Shown: positions 36,543-48,163 of the stretch, one piece after another | How positions within the stretch are numbered: position 1 is the first letter of the stretch | How the letters are laid out: every line of letters starts with the position of its first letter | Assembly: GCF_000143415.4 (NCBI RefSeq) | Contig: NW_003314293.1 | Span: 589,763 to 653,762 of the forward strand | Direction of reading: 5' to 3' | Source of the DNA: Selaginella moellendorffii | Lineage: Eukaryota; Plantae; Lycopodiophyta | Length of the DNA stretch: 64,000 nucleotides | Program-made: the position numbers and the translations under genes | Notes under the pieces: model-generated | What the model was told of the DNA's origin: nothing | Database searches by the model: none | The model's input: only the letters and a program-made list of their open reading frames with translations

Positions 36543-39500
36543 GACTTACACCTCTATACTGCTTTTCTCTAGGCCGAAAACGTTCGAAATTTTCAAGGAT
36601 TCTGGGACACTCTCTATAGCTGCATTGTTATAGAGCACTATAGAGCAAGCAATGCTGCCGTTGTCGGTGACTCTAGCACAGGAAAGGAAGCTCGATCAAG
36701 TCAATGCTAGCACTGTTACATTGAAAGGTACCACTGCCTCCTAGTCTATGAATTTCTCTCCTGAGGGCTTTGATCTGCGCAGGCCCGGAGAAGATAAGCA
36801 TCGACAAGCAATTGCGCTGGAGAAGAAGTATAGCAGGCTAGCAGCGCGAGGGGTGAAGTGCAGAGAAAGAAAAGGCGGAAGAACAGAGCTTGTTCTTCAC
36901 GATAAGAGCGGTCCTCGGTACTTCAAGAGCCTCGTTAAGGTCTGGTCGAGAACACCCCTTTAGAGAGGACTGCAATTGATTTAATCACTGGGAATGGTCC
37001 TTGCTTAGATTATCATAACAAATCGTATTCTGTGCAGAGGACAGTGAGAGGTCGGTGGTCTTCTTTCTTCTTCGACGCGTAACCAAGACGTACCGAGGTA
37101 ACCTTTGCTCCAAGTTTCCTTCTCCGTGTTAGTTATCAAGCTAAAGCATTGTTTTAGATGGATTTGATAAGCACAGATCGCTCAAGGCTGGGATGGGCGA
37201 TCGTGGTCATCATCATAACAACGAGCAGGTATTTTTAAAAAAATCATGTCATAGTATTCTCAATGGCCGTACGCTATGGAGATGAATGTACGCAGGGAGA
37301 ATATTCGCAACTTGCGAACTCGAGAAGAACTTAGAACTTAAGAACTTATTGTTGCGTAAAAGCTTTCCATGGTGTTTGAGCTTTCAAAGGTTTGCTTTGT
37401 TTTCTCGCTACTTTTTTTATCTCTAATTTTTCTTTTTCTTGTTGTCTTTCTAGAGGGGAGGGAGCTTCTTTAACTGCCTTCTGCTCCTCCCATAAAGTGG
37501 GAGCTGAAATTTTTTGAACTCGCTTCATTCATTCGGTCGATTGATGCTCTCTGCGGGATTTAATGTGTCGAGTTTTTTTGAGTTTGAACGATCCGATGCA
37601 AAAATGTCGCCTACGCGCAAACGTGGATTGATTGATGGATGGACTCTGATTGATTGATTTAGATTCAAACAAACTCCACACGACTCGGTTAGGATTGTCA
37701 GCCAACATGATGCTAATTCCCTGCTGCGCCTGCGATCGTCTTCACTTGATAGCGTAGCAAGTTAGAGGCTTCTATCAAGTTAGAGAGCTATGAGTTGTTT
37801 ATCATATTGATTAACAAATGTTTTTAAGTTTAAACACTGGTAGTGTTTGGTCGTGTGCATGTGATCTTTTGAGGAAAAAACTCGTGCTCACCCAAAACGA
37901 TTTCGTTGGTGGGATTGGAATCCTCGCTCTGGGGAAAGGAGAAGATCGAATTTGCGGGCTATTCCATTTGGCCAGCCAGCTCATGAACATTCCATAAACT
38001 ATAGAGATCTCCTCATTCTCGCCCACATGCATCGTGATATTAGTCTTGACAAAATTATTCTTGTCAGGATTTCCCAAGCTTTATTATTCCAGAGCGAGTG
38101 GCCGAAAACAATACTAAAAAGGTGGCATACAACCGAGCAAATCATCGCAGAAGTCCAGCCCGCACAAGGCGATGTTAACGTGGGGGGAAATTACTTGTAA
38201 ACCATCTCCCAGGCTCGATCGAGACATCGCGCTCCATCACATGATTATCGCTGCAATTTTTTTCTGTGATCTCTCTCCCCATGATTGGAATTCCATCTTT
38301 AGTTTTGCCGCTAGCCTTAGTTAAGTCGCAGTCGAATCCCGTCGGCTCGCTGGCGATATTTAGTCCCGATTTTTAACTTCTGCGAGGCACGAGTTTAGAA
38401 ACGCGAAAGGCTGCGAATTGCAACACATCTTCGTCCGCATTTGTTTGGAGTCACGTTTGGGGGACGCGTGATGCCTGTGTTGAAGCAGTCCATGTGTGCA
38501 ACTAATGAAAAGGTGGCTAAAGAAAGTTGCTTATCCTCGCCTCCATTAAACTACGTCAACCTCAAGCCTCTCTCACATGGCAATTTGATCATCTAGCAAG
38601 CTTAACATTCCCTGTTTGAAAATCCTTAAAATGTTGGTCATCCCACCCTGAAGACTGGCTTCAAGAACGACCTTTCCATGCCCAAGGCGTCTTCCAGATT
38701 ACATATTATCACCTAATCCTGTTAGAACTATAGAATTATACTAGCTTAATCACCCCCATCGCCATCCTGTCAATTCGTGACCTCTGCTATATCCCAAAAG
38801 CAAACCTTGGCAGGGAGAGGTCCAAAGTATATAAGCATGGCAATTTGTAATAAATTGAATGATCTTATGCCATTTTTCTTCTCTTTTTTGTATATGGCGC
38901 CCAGGGCAGGCCAAGTCAAGAAAGCTTCTGAGCTGCGGGGCGATCTTAATATTCAAATTCCTTGTCGTCACTTTCCCTTGTTTTTACATTTCTTCAGGTT
39001 CAGGCTGGCGGACTCTGCCGCTTCTGCCTCTCACACAAATGACTCATGCACACCCACACACCCATTGCCTTATCTGCCTGTATGCGCCACAGCGAGATTC
39101 TCATGATTTCAAACGACAATTCAGAAGACCCATTCACATTAGCCCCACTACAGTCTAAAAAACCAAAAATACCCCAAAAAAAAACAAAGACAAGAAGTCA
39201 AATATTAATACACATTTTCAAATAAAATATATATGAGCGTGTGGATTTGGATTTAGTCTTCAGCTGGAAGGCAAAAACAAAACGGTGTGTGCAGCTGCTG
39301 CCAATGTGTTTTTGAGTTGGTGTCTGTGAAAAACTGGTGTTTTCTCCTGTGCAAAGCTGCTTGTAACTTACATGTTTGTTGCTTATTTGTTAGAGTGGCA
39401 GTTTCACACATTAAAGAGGTGGTGGTAATTTTGTGCATATATGGTCCTTGTGTGTGGTGTGTGGTAAGCTTTAGATCTGGTTGGTTGGTGAGGACCAGGA

Positions 39501-42308
39501 AGTTGAGAAGAAGACCTCCCTCCCCACTTCTATGACCTTGACCTAAAGACTGCACCAACTTTGAGTGGTTCATGTCAAGCTTTTTCACACAATCTCAGGG
39601 AAAAAGCCCTGGAATTTCATTCAATGTCCCTTGTTGTTTCTCCATGCAGCCTGGCTTTTGTTGCGTGATCCCTGTCACCAAAGTGTTTTCTCCTCCCTCT
39701 TCTCTTATGTCATTTTTCTTAAATATATATAATTTTTTTTCAACTTTGACCAAGGGTTTTTAACCGACACCGTCTTTTGAGCTCCAGGCCTTCTGGAGAA
39801 TAGCATGTATAGTGAAATGAGTGCGTGCCAATGCGATAAGCTGCGCAGCACTGCGTGATTGATTGATAGCCTGACTGGCGGGCTGAGTGATTCCTTCGGT
39901 ATAATTTCTTTACGGCTGATAAAAAAAGAACACCACGGTTCTTCCGAGGGTCATGGTCAACTATACAGCGTACGGTAACGAATCAAAGTTTCAAAAAAAA
40001 ACTTTAAAAAAAAAATCGAGAGAAGTTGATCGAGATAATAAAAATAACCTATCCATCTAGCCAAGTACCTTTCAGTGAGCGAGACGAGAAATACCTTACC
40101 TGGCCACCACCAGAGCTGCTCAAAGGCTCGCAAGAGTCAGACGCTTTTCTTCGCGTTGCCAGTCGCTGGAAAGATGGAATCATTGATCACCTTCTTTCTA
40201 CGATCACTATGGTGACGCAAAGCTTTTCACCATCCCAGCAAGAGAAAGAAGAAATCTATAAAAGAAAAAAAAAAACAACAGAGGGAGATAAGAGCATAGC
40301 CACCTTGTTTTCTTGGGTCCCAAAGCTGTGACTGTTATCTCCTACGCGGCAGGAGCTATGGCTTGTGATTGATTGATGGTACCAGCAAAAACACCAGTCC
40401 TTGAGGTGGCGGTGGCGCCAAAGCTCTTCTGGAACGCACTCAAGCTTAGAGAATTAACACCTCTTTTCGAATTCCCAGCCTTTCTGCGTACCAGAAAGAG
40501 AACAGCTTCGACGAGTTCTCTTTAATGTCTCCTCCTCCAGCGCTGCGTGTCTGTGGATTCTCCAGTCTTGTGTGTTGCAATGCTGCCAATGCCGAGAAAA
40601 GAGAAACCAAAAAAAAAAAAAAAGGAAAAAAACTAGCAAGCAGCTTCCACATGGAAGTTCTGGCTCTTGGATCCCACCAAAGTCGTAAAACACCGACAGG
40701 CCACCAGCAAATTCGTTGCTTGGCAGTCTCTCAGCTCTATCTCCTCAAGTGCTGCTCCGCGCAGCAGTGGCTCATAGATTAGACCTGTTTGCTGGCTCGC
40801 TCTTCGCGAGCTCGTTCCTTCCTTCCTTCCTTCCCTGGAGTGATATGATATGTCCCTCCTTGGTGGCAGCCTTTAAAGTTACTTAGTTTGGTGCTCCACT
40901 TCCATCCAGTTAGCACATGTCTCCCACAGAGAACTCTTTACTTCCAATTCTTTTCTCCTCTCTGTTGTTCTTCCCGAGTACGATCACGCAGAGCTAGAGT
41001 TTTAACTCGAGAGTTCTTCGTTGTCATGCTTCCACCACATGGATCCCACATGAAAGTATTCCATTGCTCCACGGGGTCCACAAACACCACCACCTGGTCT
41101 ATCGCTGCGCCTTTGTCTAGTCGAACCAACTTAAAACTCCCGGCGGGGGCTCTTCTTCCCAAGTCTCTGTAGAGCCGTGTGTATGAGAGAGACGAGAGCG
41201 AAAAAAACAAAGAATCGAAAAAAAACTATAGCTACCTGTAAGGTGTTGTGGTCCTTCCTGCAGCAGCTATGTAAGTTACCACTGTCCAGCGTTGTTCGTT
41301 CGTATCGCTTGTCCACTTCATCCATGACTCTCAGGACTTATTTTTTACTCCGCATTTGCAGCGAAAAAGATGCTCCTCCTGCCTTGTTACTGCTGCCAAG
41401 GAAGAGAGAGAGAGAGAGAAAAAAGGAGAGAGATGAATAAACAAGAGGAAAAATGTACCCATCACTCACCACCGCCATTTGGACAGCGTTTCCGAGACCC
41501 TCTACGGCAGCCTTTCGCGTAAGTCACCATGATGAATCATGATTCGTGATACTCCCTCCTGGCCTACGTACGAAACGAAGCGAGAAAAAAGAGAAAACAA
41601 AACAAAAACCTCCACTTAGAGCAAAGAAACAGATCCAACTTTGACGAGCCTTACGCTGGATGGAGCTATAACGGGAAAGGAAGACGATGGAAAACTCCGG
41701 GATCTCTCCGTGCTCCTCTAGTCCTTGGCAGAGTAAAAAAAAAAGCGCCTGTGCCAAGAACAAGCCTTGCTGTGCCTCGTTTACTCACACATGGCTCGGG
41801 ACCCGCTTACTGTCTGTTGGATCGATAGGGATAAGATGGATAGAAGCAACCAAGGATCCAAAAACCCAAGGCTGCAAGCAACGCAGATGAAAGACGCTTA
41901 CGTTTGTACCGTCGACAAAGTGCATCACACAAACGTACCTCGTGGTGGCAGACTTAATAAATCACTTGCAGCCCAGAGGAAAAGAGAGATTCCCGCGACA
42001 GACATCATCTCCTTGCATCTTTCTTCCACTAGAAGTCCACTTTTTTCCTTCGAACTATCCTTCTCCTTCTCCTTCTGCTGCTGTGGCTGCTTTTCGCTTG
42101 GCTCGCATCTTCTCCAGCCACGAAACGATAACGAGTGTCTGTTTGTTTCGAAGGGAACTAAACCCAGCCCAGGAACTTTTGTTGGCTCATGCACAGCGGG
42201 CTGGTGCTGGTGTTTTCTCTTCTCCTGGTCATTTGCACCATTGCCTGAGAAGTTGTCCTCCTTAACGCCTTCTCTTTCTTCATTTTCGCTTCCACCATCC
42301 GAAGAGCT

Positions 42309-43673
42309 CTAAAGCGGGGCCCGGACAAAGTGGCGCTTCGACCAAAGCTCGTACATGGTCATCTGGAACGAGTCGTATTCCCGTGGAGAGTGATGCCAGC
42401 CAAAGTGTCTCTTAACTCGTCGGCCATTCGACCAAAGCCGCGCATACTCGTCATGCGTGACGCTCTGGAGCTTCGCCTTCAAAGCTGGGATCTGCGTGTA
42501 GCTCAGGACGATCGAGAAGCTCCTCCAATTGAGAACGTTGGACAGCGGCAGATCGTACTGGTTGGAAATGATAACGGGGACGCAGCCGAAATGGAGAGCG
42601 TCGGAGATCCTGGCGGTGTTCACCTCGTAGCCTTTGACGTGCAGACAAAACTTGCTCCGCGATAACGCGTCCTCGTACGAGCCTTGCATGGTTCCCGCAA
42701 AGATGTCCATGTCGGAATCGTTGGACCAGAGCTTTAGAAGCGTCTCTCTCAAGTGGGAGTTTTGAGCTCGTCCGGAGAAGAAAGCCAGCTTCGTCCTGGA
42801 AACAAGAAGTTCACGCAAAGAGAAAGTCAAGAAAATCTGATAGAACGCAAAAAAAAACCACCTTTTTTCAGGTGGAACGATGAAAGTGTCAAGTGGTCGA
42901 GGCCAGACTTGAGGAAGAGCGACGTCTTTGTGAGGAACGTAGAGCTTCTGGTAATAGTTCGCCGAGCAAGTGACTTGGATGGCATTTTGCTGCAAAGCCC
43001 GGGAGTTGGACGCTGCGTTCCGGCCAACCGAGTGACACCCCACGTAAAAGTGATCCACACCTTCGGTTCGGTTCCAAAACTTGTACCTCTGGCTGATCTC
43101 CTCGACGTAACTCTCCACGAAGCTCGAGATCATGGCCTCGGAGCGAATCCGGGGATGGTTTCTCATTGCGTTGATCGAAAACGGCATGAAGAACAAGTGT
43201 GCCTCGCCAGGATCCCGCGTCGCGAAAGTGCTGTTGAGCAAGTTGATCTTGAACATATGCTCGCTGAAGAAGTTCCCGAGCTTGCGATCATACGGGTCCG
43301 GATGAGGGAGAAAAACCTGGGAGTAATCTGAATTGCCGAATGGATACACATACACCTTGAAGCTCTTCACCATCTCTTCGTAGTCCAGGGAGAAGAGCTC
43401 CCAGTTGTGATAGACTTTGGAGCTATGATCTTGACGCTGCGGTCGGGAAGTTCTAGAAGAGAAGTGTCGCTGTCCATCACGGCTGAAAATCTCTCCAAAG
43501 CACCCCTGTTGCTGGAGTCGAGTGTTTAAGCCGTGATTTACGGCCACCAGTGCCATGGCCGTAACGAGGAGCACGATGCCCAGTTGCTTCCACTTCCACA
43601 TTGGAGCTTGGGAATGGTCGCTTACCTCGGAATGGAACCCAAGAACCCTAGACCACGGAGAAAGCTCCAGCAT
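42309..43673 (-). CDS. Exostosin / GT47 glycosyltransferase (type II membrane), one short intron near 42800-42860
   Basis: N-terminal TM segment, FKVYVYP, AHLFFMPFS, FWNRTEGVDHFYVGCH, KDVALP and SKFCLHVKGYEVNTARISDALHFGCVPVIISNQYDLPL. Confidence 0.93.
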   Translation of the reverse strand: MLELSPWSRVLGFHSEVSDHSQAPMWKWKQLGIVLLVTAMALVAVNHGLNTRLQQQGCFGEIFSRDGQRHFSSRTSRPQRQDHSSKVYHNWELFSLDYEEMVKSFKVYVYPFGNSDYSQVFLPHPDPYDRKLGNFFSEHMFKINLLNSTFATRDPGEAHLFFMPFSINAMRNHPRIRSEAMISSFVESYVEEISQRYKFWNRTEGVDHFYVGCHSVGRNAASNSRALQQNAIQVTCSANYYQKLYVPHKDVALPQVWPRPLDTFIVPPEKRWFFFAFYQIFLTFSLRELLVSRTKLAFFSGRAQNSHLRETLLKLWSNDSDMDIFAGTMQGSYEDALSRSKFCLHVKGYEVNTARISDALHFGCVPVIISNQYDLPLSNVLNWRSFSIVLSYTQIPALKAKLQSVTHDEYARLWSNGRRVKRHFGWHHSPREYDSFQMTMYELWSKRHFVRAPL

Positions 43674-44271
43674 TTGCTATGCATTTTCTCTCTGTGGGTC
43701 TGTTGCAATGCCGCTCCATCCAGCCGGGAGATCGATCGCGATCCAGCCTCGTCAATGGCATCGCGGCTTCTAGGGGGCATAGCGATCGTGCTTGATCCTT
43801 GAATCTAGCTTTTGGCGCAACAAGAGCCCTAGATCCAACGGTGGAAGTTAGACCGCATTAAATCTCTGCCACGTGTCGGAGCCATAGTATAGTTATGGCT
43901 CTGTCGCAAGCTTGTACATGGGAATGTTCACGAACTTGGAAACAAGAAGTTTTTTCAGACTGCTGACGTGGAGTTTGCCAATGCGTAGAGTAGGATCATC
44001 GAGTTCCAGGTTGACACTGGAATTGGATCCGAGACAGTTTATGGCGGCACTGGAATTTTCAAAGGAGCTACTGAAATAATGAAAAATGACAGATGGTTGA
44101 AATTCAGGAGAAATAGAGTATAAAAGGTGCCTTGCCAATAGTCTGAAGAATCCTTAAGCTCTTCTGAATGTACTAATGTGTTGCATCCGAAGAGAGAAAC
44201 TTTTGGAGATGATAATGAGACTGTACTTTCACAACAAACGCCCGAACCATTTATGACTGATTCTTTTTCTT

Positions 44272-45251
44272 GCCTCCCGTTAAACACCATCCTGTTTCAG
44301 TCTCTCTCCACCTAGCTGGCAATGATGTGGCACGATTACATGGCATTTCTCTCTTTCCACTCCCGTCCGACTCTCTCTCTCTGGTGCTGGCACATAACAT
44401 TACTTCCAATCACTTTAACTTGGACCAAAGTCTCTTTCACAGAACAGAGATGAGAGAAAAGGGGGTTTTTTTACTTTGCGTCCAATGCCAACCAGTGTGT
44501 AAGTATCTCTCCTTTTACTTTACTCCTCTAGATTGCTCTACCCTCTTCTCTAGGGGGTTTTAGGTTCTTCTTTGGAATGGAAATGCTGGTCGACCCAAGC
44601 AGCAGCAGCTAGATTGAAAGCGCTCTTTTTTTTTGCTCTCAAGGGGCAGCAACAATGATCATATGGAGGTTTCTATGAATTTGTGGAGCTTAGTGGTACT
44701 ATTAGCTCTGGCTTTATGGAATATGGGCATGCTCTTCATCTTTGCACAGTGGAACTTGTAACTATTGCTACAGTGTCTTCTCCTCTTGGATCATCCTTAG
44801 TCTTATTTTTCCAACAGATGCCTTGCAAACTTTCAAGCATGCTCTTGGGGATCCATTGGAACTTCGCAGGTGGATGGGCAATGATCCTTGCTCAGCTTTA
44901 TCATCACTCAAGTATCCGGAATTGTTCCAAGGCTCTTTATTCGACCGGTATGTAGTCTCCTCTCTCAAGTTGAACAAGGATGGAGAGGAATCGAATGTGG
45001 TGGAGATAGACATGCCATTGTCTCACTGTTCAAGTTCTTTTCTTTCTCCATGAAGGACGCACAATGGAAAAAAAATGTTTCCAAACTCCAGACGTTAAAG
45101 AAGCGCCTCCGGTCAAAAGCGGAGAAAGACCACAGTCGTCGGGCGGATAGATGCAGACGGGAGTGGAAAGAGAGAAATGCCATGTAATCGTGCCACATCA
45201 TTGCCAGCTAGGTGGAGAGAGACTGAAACAGGATGGTGTTTAACGGGAGGC
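44272..45251. mobile_element. Pack-MULE (non-autonomous Mutator-like element, 980 bp) with captured LRR-receptor fragments
   Basis: Perfect 96-bp TIRs (44272-44367 and 45156-45251) starting GCCTCCC, and an identical 9-bp TSD CTTTTTCTT (44263-44271 and 45252-45260). Inside are a signal-peptide exon, an intron, DALQTFKHALGDP..W.GNDPC and WRGIEC. Confidence 0.92.
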
Positions 45252-45750
45252 CTTTTTCTTGGCATTCCAAGTTGATCCTTGGAACTACAGTAAGACATTC
45301 CAGCAATCCTTTGGTATCAAGATGAGCTAGACCAACTGCATATTGTTAATAGCTCACAAGCTCTTCTTCTCCAGAGAGAGCCCATACCCATTGTGGCGGG
45401 AAAAATTTGAAGCCATACCTCTATAAAATTATATGTAAAGTTTATATCTATAATTTAAACATTTCTAAATAACTATATAAGAAAGAGTCCACACAAAGGC
45501 ATGGATAAGGGAGTTTGAAGTATGGTGTGAAGCTTCTAGTTTGCTACACTAGGTATGTTTTCTCTTCTTGTTCTTAACCACTAAGTGGTGTAATGATTAA
45601 TCTTATTATTTTGTAGACAACAAAGGAACAAATTACAAAATAAGACCTACAAAAAACAAGCCAAAGGCTACCATAAAATGCTATGATTTTGTAATCCTAC
45701 TGTCATCCAACTTTTATAAATTAAAAGTAAAATACATATCATTCTATTCT

Positions 45751-47775
45751 ATGCACTCTGTTGCACTAACAAATTCTGATCCAATTAATGCCTTTGCACT
45801 TGCAATTCGGTCGTGTAAAGATTTACCCAAAGCTCAGCAATTGCACAAGAATCTTCTAGAAAGCCAACATGCCAAGAACAAATTTCTCCTCAACCTGCTG
45901 CTTTCTGCATATGGTAGATGTGGAGGTCTGGAATATGCAAAGAAAGTGTTTGACAACATGGTCACACCAAATGTATTTACCTGGAATCTCATGATTCAAG
46001 CTTATGCCGAGAATGGGCATCTGGAGAAAGCCCAACAGATGCTTAATTCGATGCCTGAGAAAAATCCTATAGCACAGAACGCTCTCATCTCTGCTTATGC
46101 ACAAAGAGGAGATTTTGAAAACTCCAGAGAAGTATTCAACAGCATGAAGGACAGAACAGCGGCATCTTGGAACACAATGGTGACAGTATATGCCCGAAAT
46201 GGGCAACTTGACGAGGCAAGGAGTGTTCTGGAGAGCATGCCAGAACCTAACATTCTCGCTATCACAGCCATGGTTGTGGCATATGCTGAGGTTGGGAATC
46301 TCAAACAGGCAAGGATTCTTTTTTATTCCATGGCCCAGCGTGACATTGTGTCCTGGACTGCTATGCTCAAGGCCTTTGTCTATAACAGCCAAATGGATGA
46401 TGCCAAAAAGCTGTTTGAATCCATGCCAGAGAGGAATGTGGTATCCTGGACGACAATGCTTGCAGCATATTCCCAGTCTGGGCATCTTGGAAGTGCCAAG
46501 GGCATCTTTGATGCCATGCCTGAGAAGAATGTAGTGACGTGGACGTCGATGGTACAAGGGTACGCTCTCCATGGCCACGTGGAAGACGCGGAAGCGCTGT
46601 TCCAGCAAATGCCAGAGCGGGACATTGTGACGTGGAACGCCATGCTGGTGGGCTTCACACAGAAGGGACACGTGGCAAGAGCCAAGAAGCTGTTCGACCA
46701 GATGCCGAGGTGGGACGCCGTGACGTGGAGCATTATGCTGCAATGCCTTGCCGAGAATGGGCATCTAGAAGACGCTAGGAATCTCTTTGACAGGATTCCT
46801 GAGCGCAATGTGGTGGTGTGGAATATTCTCATCCAGGCGTACGTCCAGCACGAAGATATCACCACCGCCACGTGGCTCTACCACAGAATGCCAGCTCACA
46901 ACAGAATCACACGAAATGTTATGATCGTAGCAAATGCCCTGGAAGGGCATCTTGAAGATGCTCGTTGCATATTCGACAATATGCCTAGCAAAGATATTGT
47001 GAGCTGGAGCTCGCTGATCGAGGCATACGCACAAGCGACCTACGTTGATCAGGCAAAGTCAATGTTTGACCGGATGCCCGAGCATGATACTGTCGCGTGG
47101 ACCGCAATGTTTGCAGCATTTGCCCAAGAAGGGGATTTGGTAGCGGCGAAGTTGATGTTCCACGGCATGCCCGAGCAAGATACCGTCGCCTGGAACGCGA
47201 TGATCGCAGCGTTTGCGCAGAATGGGCGATACTCCGACGTGGAGAAGTTCTTCGGCTTTGCTCCCAGCAGAGATGCTGTGACTTGGAGCGCTCAAATCGC
47301 GACTTACGCGCACAATGGCCACGCCGTGGAGGCGCTCCATCTATTCTGGTGCTTGCTGATCGAGGGGATGATCCCCGACGCCACCATCTTCAACAACATC
47401 CTCTCGGCGAGCAGCCACATTGGTGAGCTCAAGGATGCCTGGCGCTACTTCGTGTCCATCACTGACGATCACGGCCTGGTCCCCTCGCACGATAACTACT
47501 GCTGCATGGTGGATGTTCTTGGGCGGTGTGGACAGCTGCGAGACGCCGAGGAGCTCGTCCACACTATGCCGTTTTTGCCGGACTCGGTGGCGTGGGGTGC
47601 ACTGGTTGCGTCTTGCAAGGAGCACAACGATGCCGATCGGGCCGCTCGAGCAGCTCAGCTTGCAGCCGAGAGGAATCCAGAGAATTCAGTGTTCTACGTG
47701 CTGCTCTCCAACACTCTGAGAACCATCAAACAGAAAAGGAGAAGTTCTAGTCAGGAAGAGACGTGCGAAGCTTGA
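45751..47775 (+). CDS. PLS-class PPR protein with a long run of short (31-aa) repeats and an E domain (organellar RNA-editing factor type)
   Basis: About 17 repeats of the form (D/N)VVSWT.M..AYA..G....A..LF..MPER, then YCCMVDVLGRCGQL..AEELVHTMPF.PD.VAWGAL...C. No DYW domain. Confidence 0.93.
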   Translation: MHSVALTNSDPINAFALAIRSCKDLPKAQQLHKNLLESQHAKNKFLLNLLLSAYGRCGGLEYAKKVFDNMVTPNVFTWNLMIQAYAENGHLEKAQQMLNSMPEKNPIAQNALISAYAQRGDFENSREVFNSMKDRTAASWNTMVTVYARNGQLDEARSVLESMPEPNILAITAMVVAYAEVGNLKQARILFYSMAQRDIVSWTAMLKAFVYNSQMDDAKKLFESMPERNVVSWTTMLAAYSQSGHLGSAKGIFDAMPEKNVVTWTSMVQGYALHGHVEDAEALFQQMPERDIVTWNAMLVGFTQKGHVARAKKLFDQMPRWDAVTWSIMLQCLAENGHLEDARNLFDRIPERNVVVWNILIQAYVQHEDITTATWLYHRMPAHNRITRNVMIVANALEGHLEDARCIFDNMPSKDIVSWSSLIEAYAQATYVDQAKSMFDRMPEHDTVAWTAMFAAFAQEGDLVAAKLMFHGMPEQDTVAWNAMIAAFAQNGRYSDVEKFFGFAPSRDAVTWSAQIATYAHNGHAVEALHLFWCLLIEGMIPDATIFNNILSASSHIGELKDAWRYFVSITDDHGLVPSHDNYCCMVDVLGRCGQLRDAEELVHTMPFLPDSVAWGALVASCKEHNDADRAARAAQLAAERNPENSVFYVLLSNTLRTIKQKRRSSSQEETCEA

Positions 47776-48163
47776 ATTTACCAAAGGATGCCGAGATTTG
47801 TATCGCAAGCATTCATTCTTCTACCTCTGCCGCGGCTGTGTGCTTATTGCAAGCACGATTGGCAACTCGAGCAGCAAAGGAACCCGGAAAATTCAATCTT
47901 TTACATGTTGCTCTCCTACACCGAGAGCCATCAGTATAAAAAAGTTAGAAAAATCCTGTACTTTACCAGAGGCAATCGAGTTTTTTTCCCAAGCCCGTGA
48001 TTCGCTTTTCTCAGCGACGAGGTAGAAGAATCCAAAACCTCTATAAAAAAAAATTTGGTTAGTCAAGAGAAGTTCGCATCGACTGTGCTTTACCTGAAGC
48101 TGACGATTTCTTGCAAGTCTTTCCAAGACGTGCACCACGGAATGACTCCATTCTCTGTGTCTT

